A DNA stretch of 64,000 bases from Vermamoeba vermiformis. Taxonomy: Eukaryota. Of this stretch, positions 1 through 12,755 are shown piece by piece. Position numbers and translations under genes: made by a program. Numbering within the stretch: position 1 is the first letter of the stretch; each line of letters begins with the position of its first letter. The notes beneath the pieces are model-generated. The model saw only the letters and a program-made list of their open reading frames with translations, had not been told where the DNA came from and did no database searches. The stretch is taken from the NCBI GenBank assembly GCA_045837725.1, contig JBEWZL010000084.1:496001-560000 (forward strand), given 5' to 3'.

Positions 1-1854
1 CACGTGCTCAGTGTCAGCATCGTCATCGAACAGTGCCTCGTCGTCCTCAGTGTCAGGATCGTGCAGCTCTTCCAGTGTCTTGCCCTCAGCGTTGACTCCA
101 AACAGCATGGCAAACACCGCGGCCAAGAACATGAGCACACTAGCGGCCACATAGCCCCAAAATAGACTCATGCGCTCACCCGTGCCGATCAAGTGACCGA
201 ACACCACGGGCCCTGCTGTGCCTCCGAGACCGGTGCCTAGTGCGTAGAAGAATGCAATCGAGAGTGCGCGGACTGACGATATCAATAATGAGCAATTGAA
301 ATAGCTATCATTGTTTGAAATCACGTACTCTCCATCGGAAATATCTCCGAGACCGTGAGATACGCAGATGATGCAGAAGCAGAGCTAATGAAGAAGATGA
401 CTGACCAGCACACTGTCTGCGTCACGGCTGTCAACATGTCACTCGCGTACATCCAACCTAAATTAGGCAATGGTCAGTCATCGACATCGGGCAGTGTAAG
501 ATCACGTGCCAGTAGCTGTCAGCAGCACCGCAGACATCAAGTACGTGATGGCAATCATAGGTCTGCGGCCCCACTTGTCGAACAGCGGGCCCAACAGCAC
601 TGAGCCCAGGAAATTTCCGAGTGCGAAGGGCAGTTCATAGAGACCCACGTGACTGGGCGAGACACCGTACGAGGCAGTGAGCACTGGTGCGTACGAGAAG
701 AAGACCGCGTTGTAGAAGAAGGCCTGTGCCGCCACGAGCACGAGAGCGAGCAGTGAGCGGCGCTTGTACCGACGCAGCACTTTGCCAATTACCGCGCCGA
801 AGCCCACAGTGCCCGTCAGCAGTGGCAATCGATGTTGTGCAGACACCACTGTCAGCACGTGCCCTGACCGCTCTATGCGCTCTTCAATGCTCGAAACGAG
901 TTTTTCCGCCTCTGCCACTCTGCCGTGCATCACGAGCCAGCGCGGGGACTCGGGCAACTTCAAGCGCATGACGATGATGGAGATCCCGAGCACTGAGGCC
1001 ACGGAGAACGGGAATCGCCAGCCGAGCTTGGGTTCGAAGAGATCGTCGCGCAGAAATATGAGCGAGAGCCCACAGCCCATGCCCACACCGAGCCAATAGC
1101 TGCCATTGATCGCCAAGTCCACCGTACCGCGGATCTTCGCTGGAATAAACTGAGGAGAAGTGCGGTCAATACGATGCAAATGTCTATAGTAATGGTGCTC
1201 ATATACCTCATTGATCGCAGAATTCATCGCCGAGTACTCGCCGCCAATGCCGAGTCCGATCACAAAAGTGCAAGCAATGAATGACCAGAAGTCCCAGGAG
1301 AATGCAGCACCCTGCGAGGCGAGCAAGTAGATTGTCGGTGTGACTATGAACAGCCTTTGACGGCCATATCTATCGGCCAAATAGCCAAACAAAAGTGCGC
1401 CAAGCACAGCGCCGATCAGATACGTCGTGCCTGACCATCCAACCTCGCCAGGGGTCAGGGCCAATGTGTCTGGTGCTAGCAGCTTCGAGCCAACCAATGA
1501 GAGTGAGGAGACTATCAATCCGTCCATAATCCACGATATGCCCAGCGACACAGCAATCAAAGTGTGCCATCTAGTACAAAACAATTGTCAGCACAACGAT
1601 CGGAAGTCAATTGAGCTCGAACCTGCTCCACGGTAGGCGATCCATGCGTGCACTAATATTGCTTTCTATATAAGTCTTCTTGCCTACTTGATGCAACAGA
1701 CCTGTCTAAGACACATCTGTTAATTATGTTGAATTATTTTGATAATTATTTCAGCAATTATTTTGTTACATAATTAAGAATACTGAATTATTACCTGTTC
1801 ATCGCGAGGCAATTCCACTTCAATGTGTTCAGATGTGCTTTGTTGTATGCTCAT
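1..1854 (-). CDS. MFS transporter (sugar/aromatic-acid transporter-like); multi-exon, 3' end runs off the window
   Basis: ATG at 1854. Spliced N-terminus reads ...ARMDRLPWSRWHTL. MFS motifs GYLADRYGRQ, GLGIGGEY, LPESPRWL and GPLFDKWGRR; further exons at about 330-460 and 1-207. Confidence 0.9.
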
Positions 1855-2086
1855 CTCGATTAGTTGATCACTCATTCACTAGTCTGTGTTGAGTTTATCG
1901 AGCTCATCATACGAGCTAACAAAAGCGAGCAAATCTCATGCGACATTTGGTGGAGATATCAGTTAATTTATAAATACAGCGGTAAATTTCATCGCGTTTA
2001 ATTTTTCTCTTGTCGCGACAACTGATGCACCAAGACTATACTACACGACTATATATGGACATATGTACACGAGAGGACTGCGCCCC

Positions 2087-3116
2087 TCAGACCTTGAATC
2101 GCTTGTGGAATTCCTGTTCAAACAGCTGCACGGTCTCGAGGTCAAAGTTGGTCAAATTAATCGCGCGCAGACTGCTGTTTGACACTTCGCGCGCGTACTG
2201 CTCGATGACACGAAACATGACACTCGCACACGTGGCCTTGGGGAAGCGAAAGATGCCCGTGGAGATGGCTGGGATGGCGAGGGTCTGACACTGGTGCGCA
2301 GCGGCTTGCTCGAGACAGGCGCGCACTGCCACTTCTAAAAATAGCTCTTCACCTTGATCTCCGCCGTGCCAGATTGGTCCGACACAGTGAATCACCATCT
2401 TGCACGGCAATAGACCTGCTGAAGTCACCTGTCGAGTGAAGGTCAGTACTTGACACGTGTCATTGATCGGTGCGTGTCTTACAGCGACCTGACCATCCTC
2501 GAGACGACCATTTTTGGCAATGAATGCATCGCTCTCGTCTTGAATGATCTGACCGCTAAATAAGGCAAGTCAGTGTCACGTGTCGCTGAGTGCGCCACTC
2601 ACCCTCGCTTCTTGATTGCTCCTGCCAAACCCGCTGCATGTCACGTGATCAGAACTCAATTCGCGTCTATTTATAGCACACATTACTTACACGCGTGATC
2701 GAGACTCGAATTCGCAGCGTTACAAATTGCATCGACCTTCTCGAGCGTCAGATCTGTAGCTGGTCAGCATGATGTAATATATAGTAATTGTACTATGCTG
2801 CACTTGCCTCCTAAGCACACATTCACTGTGATGTTGTTGATTTTTGTCGAGCACTTAATGACACTGGGCTTGTTCTCCGCTTCTGCTTTCTGCGATGTAG
2901 ATCCAGCTAAGGAATAATTAATATCACAATAATTATTATAGCATAGGTTATTAATGTACTGTTCGTTGAACTGCCACCGACTTGCTCTTTGTAACACCGC
3001 GAACAAAGACCGAACGTAGATGCGTTGCTAATTAACAATTAATTTGGCTGGTCAGTCATAATACTGTGCTAATTATACCCGAAAAAGCCGCAGCCTCCAA
3101 TGCACTTGTCTGTCAT
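2087..3116 (-). CDS. A20-type zinc finger fused to a macro domain (MacroD-like ADP-ribosylhydrolase); multi-exon
   Basis: Spliced N-terminus [27 protein letters not shown] fits A20 ZnF. Macro motifs GDLTLEKVDAICNAANSSLDH, VIHCVGPIW and AIPAISTGIFRFP. Confidence 0.85.
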
Positions 3117-3469
3117 TTGAATTTTTGTCTCGATCTGGCTTTGCAACGGAGATCTTTGAACGACCGCTTCAATATTGCCGAGAGTGGTGTATCGATCTGT
3201 CTTAGATCAAAGAAAGAGAATACAGCCAAGTTTCCGCGAAAGGTCCGTTGTTAAGTCACGCTGCTTAGTTAAGTCACGATCCAAACAAAACGGCAAAAAA
3301 TTCGAACAAAATGTTTTTAGCTCGTAGTAGTCACAATAAAAGCCTCCTATCGAATTATTGAGCCACTAGCGTTGGTTCTTTACGCTGTTCCGTCCTTAGT
3401 TCCCTTAAAACACTGTCTCTTGTTAACTTGCTTCCGATCGTAAATCTGATTAGATTACATTGGACAAGA

Positions 3470-5659
3470 ATGTCTGCGCTTACAAAAAAGAGTTCGAACA
3501 ATAAAATTAAAGCTCCGCCAAAAACCACTGAAAACAATGTCTCTGTAGGTGGTCAATCCGTGCAAGAGCTCGTAGCTTACGCATTTAAGATGAGAGAACA
3601 GGTGAATCACGATCCTTCAAAATAGATCGCTGTTTTATCATCTCTGACCTCCCTGTATTTATTATAGGGTGATAATACGTTGTACTACGACCTTGTCAGG
3701 GCGTTTGGCCAGCCTACCAAAGAGCATTGGAAATGGTTCAAGGTTCTGAGTGCTTGCTCGGCCTCGATCAAGCCTGACATGCGCGAACTCGTGGATGCAC
3801 TCTTCAGCTTTGAATGGGAACAGCACACAGACGAGACAGTCATTGCTTATTTGGAGTTTTTGGTCCATCTCAACTCCTCGCAACAGAATTTCCTTCTTCG
3901 CACTATTGAAGCTCTCGTAATGCGACTAAGCCCAAAACTGAATACTCAAGGTATGTTCTAACTTTATTGCTCGCAACACGCTGCGGCGGACATTTTCATT
4001 TGTACTGCTGCAAGATCGGATCAATTTCAAGCCTTCCACGACGGACCGACAATTAATCAATTCAATGATCAGGTGCCATTCCAGAAAACTATGAAAAGAC
4101 GTGTAATTTCGTTCACGAAACATTCAAGAAGCTGCTGTGGGTCGTGCCAAGCAGCGCATCCAAGCTGTGGCCTATTCTCGGCGAGTATTTTCCGCACCGT
4201 GTTAATCCTGCTGAAATGCAGAAAGCATATCTTAAGAATTTGTTGTATATAATGGAGTACTGCCCCGTGCTGCAAGAACAGATCGTGCACATCATCGTCG
4301 ATCGCTTTTTACAGATTGATGTACGTGTTGTGAAACTGCGATGCTTTGCTCTTAGCCACGCCTAACACTTGCACGCCCACAGGTCGAAATCAAGCTGGAA
4401 GACATACCTGACGACGATCTCGATCAACAAGCGGAGCAAGGGGTGTTTGATCTCGAAGTGCGCGGCGAAGAAGTGAACAGACAAGACATTGAAGACATGG
4501 CCAACAAGCTCGACGCACTGATGGACCTGCTGCTGGCCTGGCTCATCACGCAACAGAGCGCTGGTCGCGGCGAAGAGTTGTTCGGCGTGCTGCTCAAAGC
4601 GTTTGATCGACTCATTCTGCGCACGCACAAGAGCAAGTTCACGCAGTTCATTCTCTTCTTCATTGGACGCGTGCACCCGCTCTACAACGAGAAGTTCCTC
4701 GCCTATCTCTCGCAGAAGCTGTACGATGAGCACGAGACGCTGGTGGCGCGTCAGACCTGCGCTGCCTATTTAGGTAAGTATCTCACGAACTGTGTGCTGA
4801 CGGGTGTGTGATTGACACGTGTCATACAGGCAGTTACGTGGGGCGTGTGAAAGATTTGTCCATTCTCGTGCTGAAAGAAGTGCTCAAAGTGCTGAGTGTG
4901 TGGGCTGGCAAGTACCTCGATCAGTTCACTGAAAACAGTCACGTGCTCGCCCCTGACGCCACGCGACACGCGCTGTTCTACGCCGTGGTGCAGTCCATCT
5001 GCTACATCTTCTGCTTCAAACACCACATTCTCTTCGAGTTCATGGACCACGTGTCGCGAGATTTCGTGCGCGGATTAAATCTCGAACGCATCGTGCACAG
5101 TCCGCTCAATCCGCTCAAGCTCTGTCTGCCAGCTGTCACTCGCGAATTCGCGCGCATTGCTCGGCGATCGATGCCAGAGCTGCGCCTCGATCCATTAATG
5201 GAAAAGAATCGAGTGCTGGTGCTGCCGACCAAGACCTTATTAGGCCAAGACAATCAGATCGACAACTACTTCCCATTCGATCCCTATCTCTTGCGTCAGA
5301 GCTCGCGATACTTTGCAGATATTTATCAAGAGTGGCGCGGCAGTGACGATGCCCTGGGCGAGGGTGAGGGCAGTCAACCAGGGCCGCAGACCCCCGATGT
5401 GGAGATGAGCGAAGAGAGCTTTGGCAGCTTCGACAACAACGAAGTGCGCGTCAAGACTCGCATGCGCAACTTGAGCTTTGGCTCGAACAGCTTCACGGGC
5501 CACGGCAAGTGGCTGGCTAGTGGCAGCGGCAGTCGCAACAACAGCTTCACCGAGCAGAAGATGATTGGCACGCCCATTCACGCCACCAACAGCATGCTGC
5601 TCTTGTCGGGCAGTTACGAGCGCTCGCAGTTCTTGGTCGAGGACAGATTCATGGACTAA
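3470..5659 (+). CDS. RRN3: RNA polymerase I transcription initiation factor RRN3/TIF-IA; multi-exon
   Basis: Motifs FPHR...YLKNLL, LQIDVEI, KLDALM, THKSKFTQFILF, FYAVVQSICYIFCF, SPLNPLKLC and YFPFDPYLL; GT-AG introns join the ORF segments. Confidence 0.92.
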
Positions 5660-5780
5660 TTAGGAAATACTTGCTAAATTTGGGGCTGTAAACGTGTGGA
5701 GTAGCCCTCTGTACATATTTGGTGTCTGATGACGGCATCTTTGCGGAATAATAAAACTTGTACAAATAAGGTAACTTTAT

Positions 5781-7781
5781 TTAGAGGAATGTCTTGCGCA
5801 CTCTGATCAGCCAATCATTGCAAATATTTTTGCTCGCGTCTGTTTTGGTGACAACGTGCTGCCACGTGGCACGGCTGTTTCTCAAATTGGTAATTGTGTC
5901 CAACAACTGCGTCACGTGATCAGCTGGCACCTGACCCGCGCGACAGTTGATCAGCACTGCGAGCTGCTGTTCAGTGAATTGTTGGTCAGGCACGTGACCG
6001 GCGAGCAATTTTTGCGCTTGATAGACGAATTTGGTGGCTAAATATAGACTCTTGTGCAGCTCGGTGCTGGCACTCAACTTTTCTGCCTTTTTTAGCAATC
6101 CTTCACTCACTCCCAAGTAGTGCAGTGCCTAAATATGGTGCGGTGAGACGAGTTACTAAACTAGGAAATGCACGCACCAGACCCTGCGTGATGAATTGAC
6201 GTGTGTCAAGCACGTGCAAGAGCTCTTTCCAAATCGGGGAGTGCCACTGCACTGCACTGAACACTGCCTCGGCCAGCAAGTGATTGCCCTAAAAATAGCG
6301 TTAGCAAGACTGTGCCATTGCCTTATTTGGTATATAACGCACCGCGAGCAGTCCTTTGATCGCGTGCTCGACTTCAAAGGCTGTAATTCCTTTTTTGTAC
6401 TTGTCCTCGGAGCTCGCACCGTGGCTATAAATAGTGCCTGGGAGTGCTTTCAGTGAATTCACCGCTGACTTGGTGTCCGTCGCGAACACTGCCACGTAGT
6501 CTGGTTCTAAAAATAGACGCGCAATTAGCTCAGGGCTGTGTTTGACACGTGTCACTCACCCGACTCGACTTGATTGCCAAATGTGGTGCGTGCTCCCACT
6601 GGGGCCACGAACAACACTTCAGCTGTCAAATGCTGTGCTGTCAACAGCGCTGCAACCTCTTGTTTGACACCTGTCAACGGCGTGTCATCTGATGGCGCAG
6701 TTCGTTCAGTGAACGGCTGATGCGCAGTGGCCTGCAGTGATTTGCAGCGCAGGTCAATCAACCACTCGGCTAAAAATAGACTCGTCAGCACGTGGCACTG
6801 GCAGTGTCGCGGTACCTGCCTAATAAGGAAATATCTGCTTGTTCGGGCAATGCAGTCACGTGCTCGTCAATAGATGTTTGCAGTTCATCGAGTGATCTTT
6901 GCACTTCTTCGCCAGTCACGTGTCCTTCACGCACGCGCATGATCTGATCGCGTATCTCCCCCTCGAGATACACGCGCGGTGTCAGACCACGTGATATGCG
7001 CTCTGCTTCACTGAACAGGCGCAGTGCGTGGTACCACTTCTTGGTCTGCGCGCCCTGGTTGAGGGTCAGTACGAGGATACACATCTCCATATATATCTAT
7101 ATATATACACATGTGTCCTATATGCACACACCATCAGCGTACCTTGTTGTTCTGCGCGTCTTTGAGAGCACTGAGCGCGAATCCAGTGTACTGCTGCACC
7201 GTCACGCGATTCAGCAGTGTGGTGCCACGTGCCACCACGCCCTGCCACTCGTCAGTGCTCCACGAGGTCTTGGCTGCACGTCACTGGTCAGTACAGCATA
7301 TATATATGCGACACTACAGACTCACTCGCAAACACGGGCTCGATCACCTTCGGATTGCCTTTCACCAAGAGTTCGCAGAATGTGCCCAGCTCTGCGCGCT
7401 GTTAGTGCTTGCGAAGGGAAGGGTGTGCATTACCATATATGGAATAGTCGGGATTGGTGCGCTGAATGGTGCCTTTGGGAGGGAACAGCGGGCCAGTCTC
7501 ATCTGCGACATAGACAGCGAGCAGATCTTGATCTGAGGTTGGCGTGTTGAGATTGTAGGCCCAACTGCGTCAATAGTTAACAATATGATGTTGCACAATA
7601 AGAAGTGAGAAATTTACGATAATAATTGATAAAATAAATAGTCTTTAATCAACCAGATCCTATTATAATATATATATAAATGCCTAGGTGTCGCTGATTA
7701 CCTGCCGCAGAGTATGGCGTAGATCATTTTGCCCCTGCCCTTCACGGCATTGGCGAGCAGTTCAACGAGTGCTGGATCCAT
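5781..7781 (-). CDS. Pol-beta-superfamily nucleotidyltransferase (RlaP/YcgL-like) with two tandem domains; multi-exon
   Basis: Spliced sequence MDPALVELL...YAILCGSWAYNLNTPTSDQDLLAVYVAD carries the GS...DxD motif, followed by FCELLVKGNPKVIEP and KKWYHALRL. A second repeat (VLFVAPVGAR...PDYVAVFA...FEVEH...KSLYLA) lacks the intact GS/DxD motif. Confidence 0.7.
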
Positions 7782-8031
7782 AGCTGCTGTGATGATATTG
7801 AGGATTATTAACTAATGGCACTGACAGTCGCACTGATAGTAACAACACTGAATAGCACCAACTGAAGTACGAGGCAGCGTGTTCTCACTCAAATTGAACT
7901 GAGTATTAATAAACACAATTTCAAGCACATTGGGCAACACGTGGCTCAGCGACTGCAATCATAGTTCGTAGCAGTAGTAGTAGTGTTCGTGTACTGGTGG
8001 TGATTGCGTGCAGCGAGGGAGTATTAGTAGT

Positions 8032-9243
8032 ATGGAGATTAGATTTGATAACAAGCGAGGTACGCTCTGGACTTTATACTTTATTATTAATTTAAATAAT
8101 AATTCATAATTAATTGTATTTACTCGCATTCAAATATGACCATACACTGTTAAATGATAAATGCCGAATTATAACAATATCATATTCTTGTTTTGCCTTT
8201 GCATATCTGCTCAATCAGCTGATTGCCTTATTTGGCAGTGCTGGTCACCGGCGCAGCGAAGGGCATTGGACACGAAATTTCAGTGGCCCTCGCTCGTGCA
8301 GGTGCGCACGTGATTGCAATGGGTCGCGATGAGGCAGCGCTGAAAGCATTGCGCGAATTTATTTCGAATGACTGCAAAGCTTCCTGCAGCTATTTCGTGG
8401 CAGATCTGGCCGATGTGACGCAGGTATGTCTATATATGGTCATGTCTTCACTGCACCGCGAGCACTGACGCTATTTTTAGACGCAACAAGCCGTGCTCGC
8501 CGCACTTCAATCAGGGCCGATCGATCTGCTCGTCAACAATGCTGGCAAGTGGCACTCCCTTGATGTCCAAATTAGGCAAGTGACTCACTCGTATTTGCAG
8601 GGGTGGCACACATCGCACCATTTTTGGAACTAACTGTGGAGCAATGGGATGCCACCATGAACGTCAATGTTCGTGCGCTATTTTTGGTCACGCAGCTCGT
8701 GTCACGTGATTGGGTGTCACGTGCGCACCGCGGTGTCATCGTCAATGTCAGCTCGCAGGCCTCCATGGTGCGTCACGTGCTCGATGGCGCAGCAGTAGTA
8801 CTGACCTCTGTTTGACAGGTGTCACTGCCCGGTCACGTGGCGTACTGTGCCAGCAAAGGCGCGGTCGATCAATTGACACGTGTCACTGCACTCGAGCTCG
8901 GTGCGCACGGCATTCGCTGCAACGCTGTCAATCCGACAGTAGTGCTCACGGTACGCGCACTGACCTGTCACACTGTAGCACTGACACTTGCCTAATTAGG
9001 ACATGGGCAAGCAGAACTGGTCAGACCCGAGCAAAGCAGAGCCCTTGTTGCGCAATATTCCGCTCAACAGATTCGCTGAACCGCGCGAGGTAACTGCTGC
9101 CACCTGAACGGCGCTAACGCATGCTGACCTCTGTTTGACAGGTGTCAGACGCAGTGCTCTATCTGCTCTCAGACCGCGCCTCGTTCATTAACGGCGTCAT
9201 GTTGCCGATCGACGGTGGATTTTTATCCACGGGCATGAAATAA
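8032..9243 (+). CDS. Short-chain dehydrogenase/reductase, L-xylulose reductase (DCXR)-like; multi-exon
   Basis: [57 protein letters not shown] and LPIDGG. Confidence 0.88.
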
Positions 9244-9587
9244 CTGCCGCACTCTGAGGCACCGCAGAGGGCACGTGATCAATGCTCCATGGCGCACAGT
9301 TGTACCGAGTACAGTGGTGTGAATCACCGGAATGAAATTTCGTAACGCGGTGGAATATTTCCCAAATAAGTAAAAACCAGGATTCTTAATTACAACGCGC
9401 TGGGTTAATTCATTCACAGCTCGCTCCGCACAAACACAGTAATATGCGATAACTAGTTGTAGTGTTTGCACCGAGCACTACAAATCCTGCATCTTTTATT
9501 GTTCTTTTTGAAGGAAGCAGCTGTATCTGCTGCGGAGTTTGGATTTGAACAATTTCTATTTTACTTATTCATTAGTACCCTATTAGT

Positions 9588-10879
9588 ATGGGTCAACCAT
9601 CATCTGTAGAACACAACAATCAAATATTGAGATACTCAGGCTGTCGGATACGAGGTAGGGCTCGATAATAATTAAATTAATTATTTGATCGCGCACAAAA
9701 ACAACTTGAAATTTTTGATTTTTAACAACTTTCTGCACTTGCAATTGATTATTCTCCATATAATGTTAACTTATATGCATTTTTTCAGGACGAAGAACGA
9801 TATTAGAGGATAATTTCTCAGTCTACCTAAAATTCGGCAAATCTTGGTCCAGCGAAACAACACACACCACTGCACCCATAGAAGAGTTGCGCGACAAGGT
9901 TATGATAGATAAACAACACGAGATTGCTCCAACTTCAACGGAAAAAAGCTCGATCGAACCAACAGCAACAACAGATACGGATCCGACAGCCGCGAGCAAA
10001 GAGATCATTAAAGAGCGTATCAAAGAGCCCGATAGTACACTCAACGAACCACACGACAGTTCCGAAGAACAACCGCGATCACTGCGCAGCAAAAAGAAGA
10101 GGAAGCACAAGCCAGATGCAGGTGCCAGTCTGTTCGCGGTGTTCGACGGTCACATGGGCGATCATTGCAGTAAATTCTTGCAACGCTATCTCGGCCGATA
10201 CATCTACAACAACAGACACTACCCGCACGACATTCCGCGTGCCTTGAAGTCAGCCTTTCTCCGCCTCGATCGCACCTATCTCAAAATTGCACTCGGCGAG
10301 GGTCGCTCGTCTGGTGCCGCGGCCATTGCCTTATTAGTACATGGACGCGTGCTGTACGTGGCCAATGCCGGCGACTGTCGCGCAGTGTTGTGCGAGGGCG
10401 GAGCAGCCGTGCCCCTGAGCACCGATCACGTGCCCAGCAACCAATCAGAGCTCGAGCGCATTCAGCGACACGCGGTGCGAGTCAAGCACGGCAGACTGCG
10501 CGTCACTTCACGCACGGGCGAGGGACTCAGTCTCAACGTCTCGCGCGGCTTTGGCTCGATTGCCTTCAAAGACAAGCGGCGGCTGATTGGTCGCGCGGTG
10601 ACTGCCGAGCCAGACGTGCGCGTGACAGCTCTGACACGTGACAGCGAGTTCGTGGTGCTCGCGTCTGACGGGCTGTGGGACGTCATGTCGAACGAGCACG
10701 TGATCGACTTTGTGCGCACGCGACTGCAGGACAAGATGGCACGTGATCATCCCAACAGCGCCTTGTTTGGCATCACCACTGCCCTGGTCGATCAGGCCTA
10801 TCTCAACGGAGGCACGGACAACATCACGTGCATCATTGTCACGTTCACTGAAAAACTGCGGCGCGATGAACCCGAATGA
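9588..10879 (+). CDS. Protein phosphatase 2C (PPM family)
   Basis: Exon 1 MGQPSS...RIRG spliced to RRTILED. PP2C motifs FAVFDGHMG, ANAGDCRAVL, DHVP, SRGFG, LASDGLWD and GTDNIT. Confidence 0.92.
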
Positions 10880-11162
10880 AGTTGATCGATCGCCTCAATG
10901 TTGTAATATTACTGTAAATAAATCCTTAAATAGTGTAAAATTCCAAAAAGGAACTGTTATGTGTGTCTAGTGCGTTGTGCATGGATTGTGTTTGGATGGA
11001 GCCAGATTCGGTTTTTGAATTCAAAAACGGTTTGCAAATACATTTATTATTTAAAACAAGACTCGCACGTGTGCTGATTATAGACACATGCACCCCCCAC
11101 GCACCCATCAGAAATTAACATTCGCTACAACCCACTCCCCCGCACCACGGCAGCCACATCCA

Positions 11163-12493
11163 TTATTTGTGGTAGTGGAACTGCGTGTAGTACTCCATGG
11201 CATCCACGAGCTTCTCCACCTCACCCTCGAGTGCGGGGTCGTTGAAGACCTTGTTCAAGAACTCTGCATTGCCCAAGTAGCCAAAGGTCTGCGTCAAGCG
11301 GAACATGTTCTTGTTGGTCAGATGTGGCGACAAGAGACCCGTCAAAATATTCTCTGCCTTCTTAATCGATGCCTCCACCTTCTTGAGGGCATCGAGGACC
11401 ACTTGTTGCTGCACTCTGCCGCGCGCATTGAAGCACTTGATCATCAGTTCGAAGGACTCGCGTAACGGCGCATCTACTTCCAAAAAGTCATCGCCGGTAA
11501 GCTTCTTATTCTCGATTAATAGGTAGGACTTGACGGCAATCTTAATGATGTTCTTTTCAAACTCGTCAGCCTTCTTCTGACTCGACTCTTTCTTGACGAT
11601 CCGCTTCATGGCCGAGAGCAGACTGGTGGTCTCTTCGTTGATGATGGACTTGACGACGCGCTTGCCGAGGTGACTAGTCGCAGCACTGCCTGCCATCTTC
11701 TTCTTGGCGCGGTTCAGCACGCTCTCTTTCTTTCGCTTCACGCGCTGTGGGGCCTCGCTCTCATCCAGCTCCTTGTTCTTCTTGAGCGCGGCAATCCAAT
11801 CGCTGTGCTCCAATTGACTGCCCAGTGCGGCGGTGTAGCTGCTCTTGTCCTCGCCCTCACTCACTGTCAGCTGCAGCGCGAACTTCTTGTCGCCCACATC
11901 TGGGGCCTCCACCAGGGTAGCGCGCTTCAAATGCACGACGCCTGTCGGCTCTTGGTCCTAATCGAGCTGAGTATTAATTATGCCGAGTAGGTGATTTGGT
12001 TGAATGGTGATTGAGTCAATCTCGAGAAAAGGAATTGACAAACTCGATTAACAGACTCACAATGTATAACATATTCATCGATATGGTGTCAATAAAATAT
12101 TCTAATGATTAATATACGAAATAGCCTATTAGCAAGAAAATTGAATTTAATTTTGCATCAGTTAACGCTCAAAGAATTTTTAAAAAAAAGAGAATCGGTT
12201 TGAATAGCGCGCGATAAATATGGATGTATTAACGAGGATATAATCCATAAAAATGTACATACTTTGGCGTCCTTGTAGTAAAACAAAGATCCCTTGATCA
12301 AGACACAATGCACAGCGCGCCACTTGTCTTTGACCTTCAATTCCATGTAGCCCACGCGGTCAGCTTTAATCTCTTCAATCACGACCTCTTCTTCGTCCTC
12401 GGAAGACGAGCTCTCATCGCGACCACTGTTGTTTGCTTTCTGCTCCTCTTTCTTCGCATCTGCTGCGTCTTTCTTCTTGTCTTTGTCTGCCAT
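11163..12493 (-). CDS. PH domain fused to a TNFAIP8/TIPE (DUF758)-like helical domain; two exons
   Basis: PH features GYMELKVKDKW...LIKGSLFYYKD...DWIAAL. The C-terminal part (RAKKKMAG...IINEETTSLL...KKADEFEKNIIKIAVK...RLTQTFGYLGNAEFL) resembles TIPE proteins. Confidence 0.72.
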
Positions 12494-12755
12494 ATTGTAC
12501 AACTATATATTATATACACGAGGTGTTGGCGCACTGTCTAATTACAAATCAATACTACGGATATTTGGCTGCACAAATGGAGTCCACCAGGGCCATTGCC
12601 TAAACGGGAATAACGCGAATCAACTGCATGCATCGACCCCCTAAGGACTAATAGGCTATTTATATATAATCCGCGAATGACTCGCTCTCCGAGTCGTTGT
12701 ACAAAACAAAAAAGAATTGTTTGCCTAATTAGGCAAATCACATCCACTAAGGTGC

